64,000 nt of DNA, from positions 96,001 through 160,000 of IMG/VR virus record IMGVR_UViG_3300012000_000001; one strand, written 5' to 3'. Positions 28,759 through 37,946 of the stretch are shown piece by piece. The position numbers and the translations under genes were made by a program. The notes beneath the pieces were generated by a model. That model worked only from the letters and a program-made list of their open reading frames with translations. It ran no database searches and had not been told where the DNA came from. Positions within the stretch are counted from its first letter, which is position 1. Each line of letters starts with the position of its first letter. This stretch comes from a virus.

Positions 28759-29752
28759 GACTAAGTGTCCAATCAATAGTTTTTTTAAGAGACATATCAA
28801 AACAGAGTGGAGGTTCCCAGCCCATTTCTTTAAGTTTTTTACCGTTTAGTGCGTATCTTCTATCATGCCCTGGTCTAGTTTTATGAAAATCTATATATTC
28901 TATCTTATATGGTTTATTTAGAATAGATGCTATAGCTTCTACCATTTCATCGTTTTTTAGTTTTGTATCTCCAACTATATTATAATGCTCACCAGCAATA
29001 CCATGTGTGAATAAAAAAACAGTAGCGTTAGCTGCATTTCTAGCATGTAACCAATGTCTTTCTCCAACATATTCAACTTTACCAAAATCATCTAATTTAG
29101 CATGTATCGGAATGGTTTTATCTTGTAAAATATAATCTATGCTTTTAGATACAAGTTTTTCTTTATGCTGTCTTTCTCCGAATAAGTTCATAGTATAGGT
29201 GGTAATAATAGGCAATTTATATGTAATATGATAACTGATTCCAACAGCTCCTTGACCAGCCTTACTAGCGCTATATGGATTAGACGGTCTCCATCTGTCT
29301 GTTTCTACAAAGTCATAATCCGGTGGGGCTGGACCAAATACTTCATCAGTTAAATAATTGATAAAAATAGCTTCTGGAGAATATTGTCGATACCACTCTA
29401 AGAGATTGACTGTTCCCATTACATTGTCTTCAAAGAATTGCTTAGGATACATAATGCTTCTGTCCACATGACTATTAGCCGCTATATGTGCTATATAGTT
29501 TACTTGTCCTATTTCTTCTATTAAGTGTGGAGGTAATGCAAATTTTAAATCATGATAAACTAATTTAATTCTATTAGCATGCTTCTGAACATGTAGACTA
29601 TCCATTAGTCTTCTTAGATCCCCTACATAGGTCATGCGACATAAACCTATAATATTCCAATTAGTATTGACCAAAATTTCTTCTACCAAATGAGAACCCA
29701 AAAATCCAGCAGCACCAGTAATAAGAATTGTTGGTTTAGAAAATTTTGACAT
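28751..29752 (-). CDS. rfbB: dTDP-glucose 4,6-dehydratase
   Basis: ITGAAGFLG, AANSHVDRSI, TDEVFG, PSNPYSASK, RPGHDRRYA. Confidence 0.88.
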   Translation of the reverse strand: MSKFSKPTILITGAAGFLGSHLVEEILVNTNWNIIGLCRMTYVGDLRRLMDSLHVQKHANRIKLVYHDLKFALPPHLIEEIGQVNYIAHIAANSHVDRSIMYPKQFFEDNVMGTVNLLEWYRQYSPEAIFINYLTDEVFGPAPPDYDFVETDRWRPSNPYSASKAGQGAVGISYHITYKLPIITTYTMNLFGERQHKEKLVSKSIDYILQDKTIPIHAKLDDFGKVEYVGERHWLHARNAANATVFLFTHGIAGEHYNIVGDTKLKNDEMVEAIASILNKPYKIEYIDFHKTRPGHDRRYALNGKKLKEMGWEPPLCFDMSLKKTIDWTLSHG

Positions 29753-29758
29753 TGGGTA

Positions 29759-30685
29759 TTAATGCCCTATATAGCTTCTATTATTTAATTTTTTATAATT
29801 TCTAATGGTAGACTCAGATAGATGATGCCACTCTATAGTAAATGAGTTGGCGTCTCGCTGCAATAGCCGACCGTGTACAGAAAGATCTTCTTCCAAAAAA
29901 ACAAAGTTATCGTATGCCATAGATAAATGTAATTTTTTAGTAGTAGATTTAGTATTTATGATTCTGATATTTGGGTATTTGGTAGACGCAATTTTATATC
30001 CATTATATTGAGAAATATATCCAAATATTCTTTCTATACTATGGCAATATTTTCCTTCTTTATAATCGATCACGTATCCTTTTTCTGTCTCTAGTCTAGG
30101 CTTTAGATAAGATAAAGACTGAGTATTAATAAACTTATGATATAAGTCACTTCTGGCCATAAACATTGTGCCAGCAGCGAACTTTCGTTTGTTAATCGGG
30201 GGTTTGGGCCATTCATAGTATTGTAATATTTCGTTAATTTTGGAGAAATTTAAAAACTCTTTATTATTTAATAGTAAATTAGCATGACTTATTAAGCCTA
30301 TTTTGTTATATTTAGTCATGTATGTATAGTTATAATCAAAATTTTTACCACCGTTTCCTAGCAAGGAATGTAATAAAACGTGTCTCCATTCTATTTTAGA
30401 CATTAATTTACTTTTTTTACTATGTATTTTTATAAAAAAAGATTGCTTGTTCATATTATTAGCAAAATCAGAAAGAAAAGGTAATATATCTCCACCAACA
30501 TTTTTATGATAATTAATTTGAAAGCTAGGAAAGTTATTTTTTACATCTGTCTCTATATTAGAAGCTAGAGACGTTTCTTCACATAATCCAAGATGTAAAA
30601 CTATCCTGTTTTTAATAGGAGACAGTAAGTCATAAAACTCGGGCCACAAATCAATATGATATAGCCATAAATAGACATCAACCAT
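29759..30685 (-). CDS. rhamnan synthesis F (RgpF)-like protein
   Basis: NVGGDILPF, KIHSKKS, WRHVLLHSLLG, AGTMFMAR, HSIERIFG. Confidence 0.75.
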   Translation of the reverse strand: MVDVYLWLYHIDLWPEFYDLLSPIKNRIVLHLGLCEETSLASNIETDVKNNFPSFQINYHKNVGGDILPFLSDFANNMNKQSFFIKIHSKKSKLMSKIEWRHVLLHSLLGNGGKNFDYNYTYMTKYNKIGLISHANLLLNNKEFLNFSKINEILQYYEWPKPPINKRKFAAGTMFMARSDLYHKFINTQSLSYLKPRLETEKGYVIDYKEGKYCHSIERIFGYISQYNGYKIASTKYPNIRIINTKSTTKKLHLSMAYDNFVFLEEDLSVHGRLLQRDANSFTIEWHHLSESTIRNYKKLNNRSYIGH

Positions 30686-30688
30686 AAA

Positions 30689-30946
30689 CTATTTAGGAGT
30701 AGGTGATGTTAGCTTATTGTATACCACTAAAGCGATTACTGAACCCACTACGCCCATAAATAATCCTGCTGGACTCACAGCTTCATACTTACCAAGCAGA
30801 TATAATAGGGCTCCGCCAACATACGACCCTGCTATGCCCAAAGCAACAGTTTGTAAAAATCCAAATCTCTCTTCTCCCGGAACTATGCTTTTTGCAATAC
30901 TGCCAACGAAAATTCCATAAACAGCCCATATTAATATGCTAAACAT
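30689..30946 (-). CDS. GlsB/YeaQ/YmgE family (transglycosylase-associated) membrane protein
   Basis: Three Gly-rich TM helices: GIFVGSIAK, LGIAGSYVGG, GVVGSVIAL. Confidence 0.85.
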   Translation of the reverse strand: MFSILIWAVYGIFVGSIAKSIVPGEERFGFLQTVALGIAGSYVGGALLYLLGKYEAVSPAGLFMGVVGSVIALVVYNKLTSPTPK

Positions 30947-31343
30947 TTGCAGCCTCCGCTAGTGTAATAATCTCCTCCTCCGTAAGAACCTCTCCTGTGT
31001 CTAACAAAGCAGTCAATATAGATAGACCATATTTGGCATAGTCTTCCCTACTCATTTCTTGCCTTAGAATTTTTTTGATACGCATTTTAGTAAACCAGCC
31101 CCTATTAGAACTAAAATACTTGATTTGTTCACCATATAGATTATATTTATCTTGTTGTGTTGACATCCCCACCAGTTTACTCTTATTGCATTCTTGTAAA
31201 ATTCTAATACAAGTTAATATGACGCTTATAATCATTAAAATGGTAATAATAGCAAAACCATGATTACCATCAGTTGGCACTTGGGATTTATTTAATATTT
31301 TAACAGCTATGTCTTTAAGTTTTTCGCTTTGATGATTATTCAT
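30939..31343 (-). CDS. membrane-anchored hypothetical protein
   Basis: TM FAIITILMIISVILTCI. Confidence 0.7.
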   Translation of the reverse strand: MNNHQSEKLKDIAVKILNKSQVPTDGNHGFAIITILMIISVILTCIRILQECNKSKLVGMSTQQDKYNLYGEQIKYFSSNRGWFTKMRIKKILRQEMSREDYAKYGLSILTALLDTGEVLTEEEIITLAEAANV

Positions 31344-31363
31344 AAATTATAAACTCTTTAATG

Positions 31364-31597
31364 TTAGGGTTCGCAATAATTGCAATCTATTTTTTTGATA
31401 CCATCGCCGCTCATATACCAACCCTTGCCTTTACACACAGGACAATCTTTTCTTTTGTGTTTTATTGTTTCGGCCTGTACATGCTTGGCTTTAATAATGC
31501 CCCCAGCTATGACCACTGGAGCAAGCGTTGATCCATAATAATTTTGTTGAAAAAACAAAAAACCAACACACAATAATCCGATAGAAACTTTATTCAT
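31364..31597 (-). CDS. small protein with N-terminal hydrophobic segment and DnaJ-type Zn motif
   Basis: CPVCKGKG...CNYC; start MNKVSI. Confidence 0.7.
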   Translation of the reverse strand: MNKVSIGLLCVGFLFFQQNYYGSTLAPVVIAGGIIKAKHVQAETIKHKRKDCPVCKGKGWYMSGDGIKKIDCNYCEP

Positions 31598-31809
31598 TTT
31601 TTTCTCCACGGTAATGGTATAACATTATCTATTGTATCTATCACCTTTTTAAGTGGTCTTGGTCTGCGTGGAGATGGAACATCGTCAGGAGGAGGAATAT
31701 CTGGTTTGGTTTTGGGAGCAAGTTTTACTAAAATATTAGCTAATTTTTCTATAATAGTAATTATTAAATTGATCAAAGCCCTGAGTTGTAATCTTTCTCT
31801 TAGATTCAT
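31594..31809 (-). CDS. small hypothetical protein with Pro-rich segment
   Basis: ATGA overlaps on both sides. Confidence 0.65.
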   Translation of the reverse strand: MNLRERLQLRALINLIITIIEKLANILVKLAPKTKPDIPPPDDVPSPRRPRPLKKVIDTIDNVIPLPWRKK

Positions 31810-32732
31810 AGATAATCCTCAAAACCGTAAGAAGGAAGCTTTTGTAATGGAAATCCATCAAATCCACTAAAAGCATAAGACCCGTTTTGAGCAAGCATCC
31901 CTGCCGCCACATCGGTGTGTATTAAAAATGACCCGTCGGGTATCGGACCCCATTCTGGATGTCCACCATCATTCCATTTACCCCAACTATTTTGCACTAA
32001 AAATGCTGGTTCTCCATTAGTATCATCGCAGGCTATCCAGGCCATACAATGAGCCCAATTACCAGATGCTCTAGCAAACCCCTTCTTGTCTCTTGTACTA
32101 CTAAATCCATAATTAGAGCATACTGCTAAACCATAGCCATTATGAAGAGCGTCTCGCGCTTCTTCTACTGTTCTAATTAATGATGCTGTTTTAATTTGAT
32201 GATCATTTGCTAAATCTAATACTTTATCTGGTAGACCTCTGCCGCCCCAACCGGCTCCTAAATTACCGTTGTATTTACTAAAGTCTACAATACCGGCATA
32301 ATTTTTTCTTACTACTACTCCACCAACTTTACTAACAAACTCAGCCGCTCTAGCACAACTCATACCCTGACCAGAAAAGCCTCTATATCCATATATAGCT
32401 TCTGTAGCACCTCTAGCTATCCAATCCTCTCTTTCATTATGAACATCTATTTCTACTGCTCTGGAAACATCACAAGCGTTCCGTGTTCCATGAGATACAC
32501 AATCTCCTGTAGTTTGTCGTTCATTATAAGGATTTTTATCAAATTTAAGAACACTTTTGTATGGTGTTGATAATTTTCCCTTACCAGTGCCGCGTATCTT
32601 CCCACTTGCTGCTCCAAATAATGGATACTTGGACTTCTCCATTAGGTTATTGAATACATGCTCTTCCCAAATGCATCCACTAAATCCTTGACGATAATTA
32701 TCGTATAATTCTTTCGGAGTATATCTTGGCAT
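31806..32732 (-). CDS. papain-like (C1-type) cysteine peptidase
   Basis: QTTGDCVSHG (oxyanion Q, catalytic C), WAHCM (H), LVQNSWG (N). Confidence 0.85.
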   Translation of the reverse strand: MPRYTPKELYDNYRQGFSGCIWEEHVFNNLMEKSKYPLFGAASGKIRGTGKGKLSTPYKSVLKFDKNPYNERQTTGDCVSHGTRNACDVSRAVEIDVHNEREDWIARGATEAIYGYRGFSGQGMSCARAAEFVSKVGGVVVRKNYAGIVDFSKYNGNLGAGWGGRGLPDKVLDLANDHQIKTASLIRTVEEARDALHNGYGLAVCSNYGFSSTRDKKGFARASGNWAHCMAWIACDDTNGEPAFLVQNSWGKWNDGGHPEWGPIPDGSFLIHTDVAAGMLAQNGSYAFSGFDGFPLQKLPSYGFEDYL

Positions 32733-33223
32733 TATTTACTACCCTCATTACAAGCCCAAGCTAGTGCATTAAGTGCATCGGCTGTTTTTACCCTTAATTC
32801 TTTAGATAGTACAATATTATCGTCCCCAATTGCAGCAACTATAACCTCTTTGGCTTCTTTGGCAAGATTAGGATATTTATCTTTTATATCCAGTCTTAAC
32901 ATAACTCCAGTGAGACTATTGGCTTGACGAATTTCTTCTGTGTTTTTAATAACCTCATCTTCACCATCCAAAGAGACTAACTTAGCCAAGTCCATATATA
33001 AGTCTCTTAATCTTCTAGCATCAGACTTAGCATCTGATCCTGCATGTTTAAATATGGCCACCACATCATTTGCTTCTGCTTTCAGCTTATCATCAGATGG
33101 TTCGGCTAGCTCTAAGACATCTATGGCTATTGGTTTGTTGTTTATAAAACCCGGTATACTTGGTTTTAATAAACCAATACCAATCAACACTATTGCTATA
33201 TTTAGTATTAAATTTTTGTTCAT
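32732..33223 (-). CDS. membrane-anchored or secreted hypothetical protein
   Basis: N-terminal hydrophobic segment then helical domain. Confidence 0.7.
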   Translation of the reverse strand: MNKNLILNIAIVLIGIGLLKPSIPGFINNKPIAIDVLELAEPSDDKLKAEANDVVAIFKHAGSDAKSDARRLRDLYMDLAKLVSLDGEDEVIKNTEEIRQANSLTGVMLRLDIKDKYPNLAKEAKEVIVAAIGDDNIVLSKELRVKTADALNALAWACNEGSK

Positions 33224-33612
33224 ACTACATCCTTTTTCTGATCATTGCATACATTGGGGCTGAGAAAAGGAAACATTTGATCTGCTACCTTAACAGCTTC
33301 AACACAACCACTTTGTACCGCTAAGTCTCTGGTTTGTTTCCAAGATACAACCAATTTGAAGAATACGTCCTCTGGCGTATCGGCAACTTTCTTAGAAGGA
33401 CCAACAGAAGGTAATGTTACAACTGGTGTTGGTACTGCTCCCGAAGCTGATTTATTACTAACCTTGTCAATTAATCCCGCAATTAATGCCTGAACTGGGC
33501 TTAGTTTATCTTTAAACATAACCCATAGTACCAAACCAATACCAGCATAAAGAGCAAGATCCATTGTGCTTAATTTACTACTAAACTCTTGAAAACTTTC
33601 AGTAAAATTCAT
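33220..33612 (-). CDS. membrane-anchored hypothetical protein
   Basis: TM LALYAGIGLVLWVMF. Confidence 0.7.
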   Translation of the reverse strand: MNFTESFQEFSSKLSTMDLALYAGIGLVLWVMFKDKLSPVQALIAGLIDKVSNKSASGAVPTPVVTLPSVGPSKKVADTPEDVFFKLVVSWKQTRDLAVQSGCVEAVKVADQMFPFLSPNVCNDQKKDVV

Positions 33613-33624
33613 TTGTATATCCTC

Positions 33625-34053
33625 TTATTTATCAGAAATTCGTGGCTTAACATCTATAAAAACATTAACTTTAGCGGCAGGGTCCACAAAAACGCCGGTA
33701 TTTCTAAAGGTAGTTACCATGGCGTCAATTGTTGAACTGACTAAAATCATCAAAAGTGTTTTTACATACTTATGTATAATAGGCTCTAGTAGATTTGGAA
33801 CAAAGGGAACATCAACAACTACAAAAACACTATCATAGAATTTGCTTAATAGCTCCATAGCAATAGCTTTTTTATTTTTTCCAGCTAAATCTGATGCTGT
33901 ATTTTCTATAATTTGAATAACACTAGCTACAGCAAGCTGTAAAATTTTCCATGCTTGGGCTAAAGCTACAACTTTAATTTCATTTAGCGATATTTTTGCT
34001 TGACTTATTAGTTTTTCTACTTCTGGTTTTATTGCTTCTTTGATTGTTTCCAT
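33625..34053 (-). CDS. hydrophobic helical hypothetical protein
   Basis: AGGAG RBS before METIKEA; amphipathic and hydrophobic helices. Confidence 0.65.
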   Translation of the reverse strand: METIKEAIKPEVEKLISQAKISLNEIKVVALAQAWKILQLAVASVIQIIENTASDLAGKNKKAIAMELLSKFYDSVFVVVDVPFVPNLLEPIIHKYVKTLLMILVSSTIDAMVTTFRNTGVFVDPAAKVNVFIDVKPRISDK

Positions 34054-34336
34054 TGTTAGTTCTCCTGTCATTGGTTTTATTTGCCATCTTTCTTTCTTCT
34101 GGATTTGCTGTATCCCACCAAGTTTTTTTTATTTCTTTTCTGCTCTGTATATATTTCCAAAGAATTGCTAATTGACCACCAATTAAAATTATACTTTCCA
34201 CCCCATGACTAACATCTCGTATGAGATCTTCTTTTTGAGTATTGTCTCCAATTAATCCAACAAGATATAAACCACTAAAAACAAAACTAACAACAGTAAA
34301 CCAGAATTCACTTGTGCGATAGCCGGGTTTTACCAT
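33980..34336 (-). CDS. holin-like two-TM membrane protein
   Basis: KPGYRTSEFW, two TM segments, highly basic C-terminal tail; GGAG RBS. Confidence 0.5.
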   Translation of the reverse strand: MVKPGYRTSEFWFTVVSFVFSGLYLVGLIGDNTQKEDLIRDVSHGVESIILIGGQLAILWKYIQSRKEIKKTWWDTANPEERKMANKTNDRRTNNGNNQRSNKTRSRKTNKSSKNIAK

Positions 34337-34359
34337 AGAGTTTCTCCATAATTAATTAT

Positions 34360-34365
34360 TACACC
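34360..34365 (-). promoter_or_regulatory. GGTGTA upstream motif
   Basis: Intergenic GGTGTAATAAT, 24 nt before ATG 34336. Confidence 0.5.
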
Positions 34366-34409
34366 AATATTAGTTAAGCTGATTATCTATATCAATGATT
34401 GTATTTTAT

Positions 34410-34619
34410 TTAACTGGTAACTGTTTCTACAAGTATGCCATTATAGAATTTATCACCATATTTTTGTTGAATATTTTCTATAGTAAGATCACCAGGATAA
34501 CTAGTTTTTGTAATTAATTTAGATGATCCGCCAGTAGGCAGAGTAGAGCATATAGCAGCTATATTATTAATGTCTTTACTATTGTCAATTTTGCTAATAT
34601 CAGTGAATGGCCTGGGCAT
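34410..34619 (-). CDS. small hypothetical protein
   Basis: GGAG RBS; intergenic fit. Confidence 0.7.
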   Translation of the reverse strand: MPRPFTDISKIDNSKDINNIAAICSTLPTGGSSKLITKTSYPGDLTIENIQQKYGDKFYNGILVETVTS

Positions 34620-34639
34620 ATATATTCTCCATTGTAAAA

Positions 34640-34960
34640 TTATTTATGTTCAATACGATCTTCTAAAGCTTCTAATGTTTTACCCAATATCATAATTTGT
34701 ATTTTTAATTCATTCATAACTTCTGTATTTCTTTGTAACGCAGCAGCAAACGCGGCCTGTGTTTCTTTATTGGTATTCAATCGCTCCATAATAAATTGTC
34801 TATCATGAACATACGGACTTTGTGTTTCTATCATAGCTAGAACATCTGCTTTTGTAGTCATGTTGCGACCAAACATTACCCAAAATCCACTCATTGTGAT
34901 GATTATGCCAATGGCTGCACTTGCTATGCTTTCCCAGAAATGAATAAGGTTGTCTGACAT
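34640..34960 (-). CDS. single-TM coiled-coil protein
   Basis: TM IASAAIGIIITMSGFWVMF followed by coiled coil. Confidence 0.7.
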   Translation of the reverse strand: MSDNLIHFWESIASAAIGIIITMSGFWVMFGRNMTTKADVLAMIETQSPYVHDRQFIMERLNTNKETQAAFAAALQRNTEVMNELKIQIMILGKTLEALEDRIEHK

Positions 34961-35017
34961 AATCTAACCTTTAATATGTGATTAATAGAGAAAATAAATA
35001 AAGCTTCTTTATACTAA

Positions 35018-35023
35018 TACACC
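35018..35023 (-). promoter_or_regulatory. GGTGTA upstream motif
   Basis: GGTGTATTAGT immediately after the terminator. Confidence 0.5.
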
Positions 35024-35026
35024 TAT

Positions 35027-35060
35027 AAAAAAAGAACCAGAAATTTGCATTCCTGGTTCT
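35027..35060 (-). terminator. intrinsic terminator
   Basis: AGAACCAGGAA-UGCAAA-UUUCUGGUUCU stem followed by a U-run. Confidence 0.8.
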
Positions 35061-35088
35061 CTTCTTAAGCTATATTTATAGTTAATAA

Positions 35089-35616
35089 TTAGCCATTTTT
35101 AGCTGGATAGTTTTTGCTAACAGCTACAGGGGCACCGGTCTTGAAACGGAGTGTGCCGGGAGCACTTCTGGTTACAGAAGCGGCATTATCTGTTCCGGGT
35201 GTTTCTGTGGTGGCTGTTGGATTAACCGTCCATCTACCTGTATATAGATTAAAATAACCAGCTCTAAAAGCAGTAGCATAACCACTGGACCTGTAGCCTT
35301 CTCTCTTATTAATAGCTCTTAAATTAGCAGGAACATTGGCTCCGCTAAGTAAAACTCTATTACTAACAGTGGCTAAAGTTGTGCTATATCTTACAGCTAC
35401 TGGCTTCCTTTGGTTATAGGCAAAAACACCGCCAGATAGAGCGGCATCTGCATAAGCATCATTTATGACGGTTGAACCAAAGACGCCAACATTAACTGTA
35501 CCTAAAACACTATTTTCTAGTACGCTAGATGCTGTTCCAACATTCTTAGCAGTACCTCTGTTATTGCTAGTGGATGTGCCTGTTACGGCACTACCGTTTT
35601 GTTGCATTGTGGCCAT
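35089..35616 (-). CDS. Ala/Thr/Gly-rich hypothetical protein, possible virion protein
   Basis: Composition; own RBS, upstream motif and downstream terminator. Confidence 0.65.
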   Translation of the reverse strand: MATMQQNGSAVTGTSTSNNRGTAKNVGTASSVLENSVLGTVNVGVFGSTVINDAYADAALSGGVFAYNQRKPVAVRYSTTLATVSNRVLLSGANVPANLRAINKREGYRSSGYATAFRAGYFNLYTGRWTVNPTATTETPGTDNAASVTRSAPGTLRFKTGAPVAVSKNYPAKNG

Positions 35617-35666
35617 TGTTTATCTCCATGAAGATTAAAAAGAAACAAGTATACTTATGTTTCTTA

Positions 35667-35672
35667 TACACC
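35667..35672 (-). promoter_or_regulatory. GGTGTA upstream motif
   Basis: Intergenic GGTGTATAAGA. Confidence 0.5.
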
Positions 35673-35685
35673 TAAAAATTAGTAA

Positions 35686-36327
35686 TTAACTATTTATTAG
35701 TTTTAGGCCGTTTATTGAATTTACTCTTAATCCGTAGAGTTGATTATTTTTGACCAGTTTTATTTGATTACTATTCCATAGATTTCCATTACAAATAATG
35801 TTGATATTAGGTACTTTTTTATTAATTAAAGCTGAAGCAATTATATTATCACTAATATCATCTAAAGAGTAGCCGGTTGATGGATAGACTGTGTTTATAT
35901 TGAAATCATATAAAATTTGAGCAACTTTATATAATAATTCGTAAGAATATTGTCTATATTCTAATATATATCTTAGTTCTACATTTAGATTAGCACATAA
36001 AGAGGATAATTGTCTAATGTCTTCACGAAACTTATCATACTTTCTATTGCATAATAGCTGTGCTGGACAGACAGCTTCTATAATGTCTATATTATTTTTA
36101 AGACAAAAATCAACAGCACTTAGTCTAGACTTTAAATCTAGAACACCCATTGGATAGTCAATGGGGCAAGAAATTTTAACTGCTGGCGATGTTAGAGACT
36201 TTGCCAGTTTTGCATACGGGGGTAGAACTGATATGGCTTGAATATTATACTTAAGAGTTTCTGTTAAATTGTTTTGAATCTCTGTGTCATTTGAAGCTAT
36301 ATCATAGTAAGAATATTCTAATAGCAT
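35686..36327 (-). CDS. DeoC/DERA-fold protein lacking catalytic lysines
   Basis: AISVLP, IDYPMG, LRYILE, YPSTGY align with DeoC ICIYP, NFPHG, LKVIIE, IKTSTG. Confidence 0.75.
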   Translation of the reverse strand: MLLEYSYYDIASNDTEIQNNLTETLKYNIQAISVLPPYAKLAKSLTSPAVKISCPIDYPMGVLDLKSRLSAVDFCLKNNIDIIEAVCPAQLLCNRKYDKFREDIRQLSSLCANLNVELRYILEYRQYSYELLYKVAQILYDFNINTVYPSTGYSLDDISDNIIASALINKKVPNINIICNGNLWNSNQIKLVKNNQLYGLRVNSINGLKLINS

Positions 36328-36332
36328 TTATG

Positions 36333-37001
36333 TTACTTTTTGAGTGAATCTATGTTAGGATATTTTTTACTGCCAAGAATACCATCGGCAAAACCATAAT
36401 ACACGGCTTCTTCGGCCGTTAATATCCAATCGCATTTGTTAGCAAGTTGTGACATTATATGTTTTTTGGCCATCATTTTTTTCCAATTTTTTTCTTTAGC
36501 AATTATACTATCCATACACCTATCTGTAAAAATATCAATCATCTTATCGCTCTCTTTTTCATTCCATTGGACGTTACTAGACGCGGCCTTGCTGTGCTCT
36601 GCATCCAAACTAATAGAACCATAATGTATTAACATGTTCACATTTGGCATCAGTATTCTGGTTTTAAATGCTTGAAAAATTACGCTGCTTGATGATTGTA
36701 CTTTTCCATAGGCTAGTGCTACTGTTTTAGATCTAGAATGTTTTATAGTATCATAAATAGCTAAACAATCCTCCCAGTCACCTCCACACAAATGCATATG
36801 AATTAATATAGGCTCATTAGATGCAAGATTAAGATATCTTAAATTTTTTTCTAAATTCACAGCGGACCTATAGTCAACCCCACCTTCTTCTATGCCTTCT
36901 ATATGAGAATGTAAATAAATTTCTCTATTTTTAGGATCTATGTTGTAACCATGAATTGACTGCAATTCACTATCTAATTCATTAAAGGGTTTGGTGGACA
37001 T
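36333..37001 (-). CDS. ClpP-like (S14) serine protease
   Basis: REIYL, GG, AIYDTI, GKVQSSS (Ser), LIHYG (His), DWILTAEEAVYYGFADGI (Asp). Confidence 0.85.
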   Translation of the reverse strand: MSTKPFNELDSELQSIHGYNIDPKNREIYLHSHIEGIEEGGVDYRSAVNLEKNLRYLNLASNEPILIHMHLCGGDWEDCLAIYDTIKHSRSKTVALAYGKVQSSSSVIFQAFKTRILMPNVNMLIHYGSISLDAEHSKAASSNVQWNEKESDKMIDIFTDRCMDSIIAKEKNWKKMMAKKHIMSQLANKCDWILTAEEAVYYGFADGILGSKKYPNIDSLKK

Positions 37002-37441
37002 TATTCAGATAGCTCCGAGTATACTCTGCGATTAACATCTCTCATAACAGACGAATCATCAAATGCTTTACCTATAGCAATTCGGAATCTATATCTGGTA
37101 AAAATATCTAAAGTTTCAACACCGTCAGTGGTCTCAATCACATCCGCTACTTTCTGCGTGATATCAAAATTAGTATGACCAATCCAAAAATTAAAAATTT
37201 TACCACTCATGGTATTGTCTGTGACAGGTATCATGCCCATAGGAGTGGCTATAACTCTTACACGGTGTGCTTTATGTAATTCTTCTTTCTCTGAATCTGT
37301 TTCTTCATGACTATCGTTGTATTTAGACTTATCCGATTCCGAGTCCTCGTAGTCTCCCAAATATGGGTCATGATCAACATCTTCAATATCATCAGATCCG
37401 AATGGATCGAACCATTTTTGCCAGGATATAAGGTTGGTCAT
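37001..37441 (-). CDS. hypothetical protein with acidic N-terminal region
   Basis: Long ORF, operon frame. Confidence 0.7.
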   Translation of the reverse strand: MTNLISWQKWFDPFGSDDIEDVDHDPYLGDYEDSESDKSKYNDSHEETDSEKEELHKAHRVRVIATPMGMIPVTDNTMSGKIFNFWIGHTNFDITQKVADVIETTDGVETLDIFTRYRFRIAIGKAFDDSSVMRDVNRRVYSELSE

Positions 37442-37488
37442 AGTTGATACTTATTTCTTAGGTAAGAACAGACAGATATACTATACTA

Positions 37489-37494
37489 TACACC
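37489..37494 (-). promoter_or_regulatory. GGTGTA upstream motif
   Basis: Intergenic GGTGTATAGTA. Confidence 0.5.
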
Positions 37495-37532
37495 CACAAT
37501 ATAGTAAGGAAAACTTGGCCAATAAACAAGAG

Positions 37533-37946
37533 CTATTTCAGACTAAACGCTGCTCTTGGCCTGACTACGGGACCATTATCACCTAGGTTTTTTTCGAATT
37601 CGGCTTTTACTAAGCGATAGTAGGTAATTACATTATCGTAGAATAAATGCTCTTTGGTGGTCGTATCTTTTTTCTTTGTTTTATTTGTTATAGTCGTCAA
37701 TAATTTCGGTTCTACTAAAGGATTGGTTATATAAACTAATAACTCAGCAAATTTTTCTGCCTCAAAAGCAATTTCTGTTAATGACAAGTTCTCTAAATTT
37801 GGATGCATCATAATAATATCTACGTTATCATTTGGATGCAGGACTATGCTAAGAGTGTGGATATTATTTATTATGACATTATTATTTATTGATAGTTCCC
37901 CATCTTCTTTATGATTTGACGAGGAGCGAAATAATTTTTTTAGCAT
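37533..37946 (-). CDS. hypothetical protein
   Basis: ORF; start likely MLKKLF. Confidence 0.65.
   Translation of the reverse strand: MLKKLFRSSSNHKEDGELSINNNVIINNIHTLSIVLHPNDNVDIIMMHPNLENLSLTEIAFEAEKFAELLVYITNPLVEPKLLTTITNKTKKKDTTTKEHLFYDNVITYYRLVKAEFEKNLGDNGPVVRPRAAFSLK

Noticed and set aside
30689-34960. Firm host assignment to Planctomycetota/PVC
   Set aside because: Only an impression from gene flavour; needs homolog taxonomy or CRISPR spacer matches
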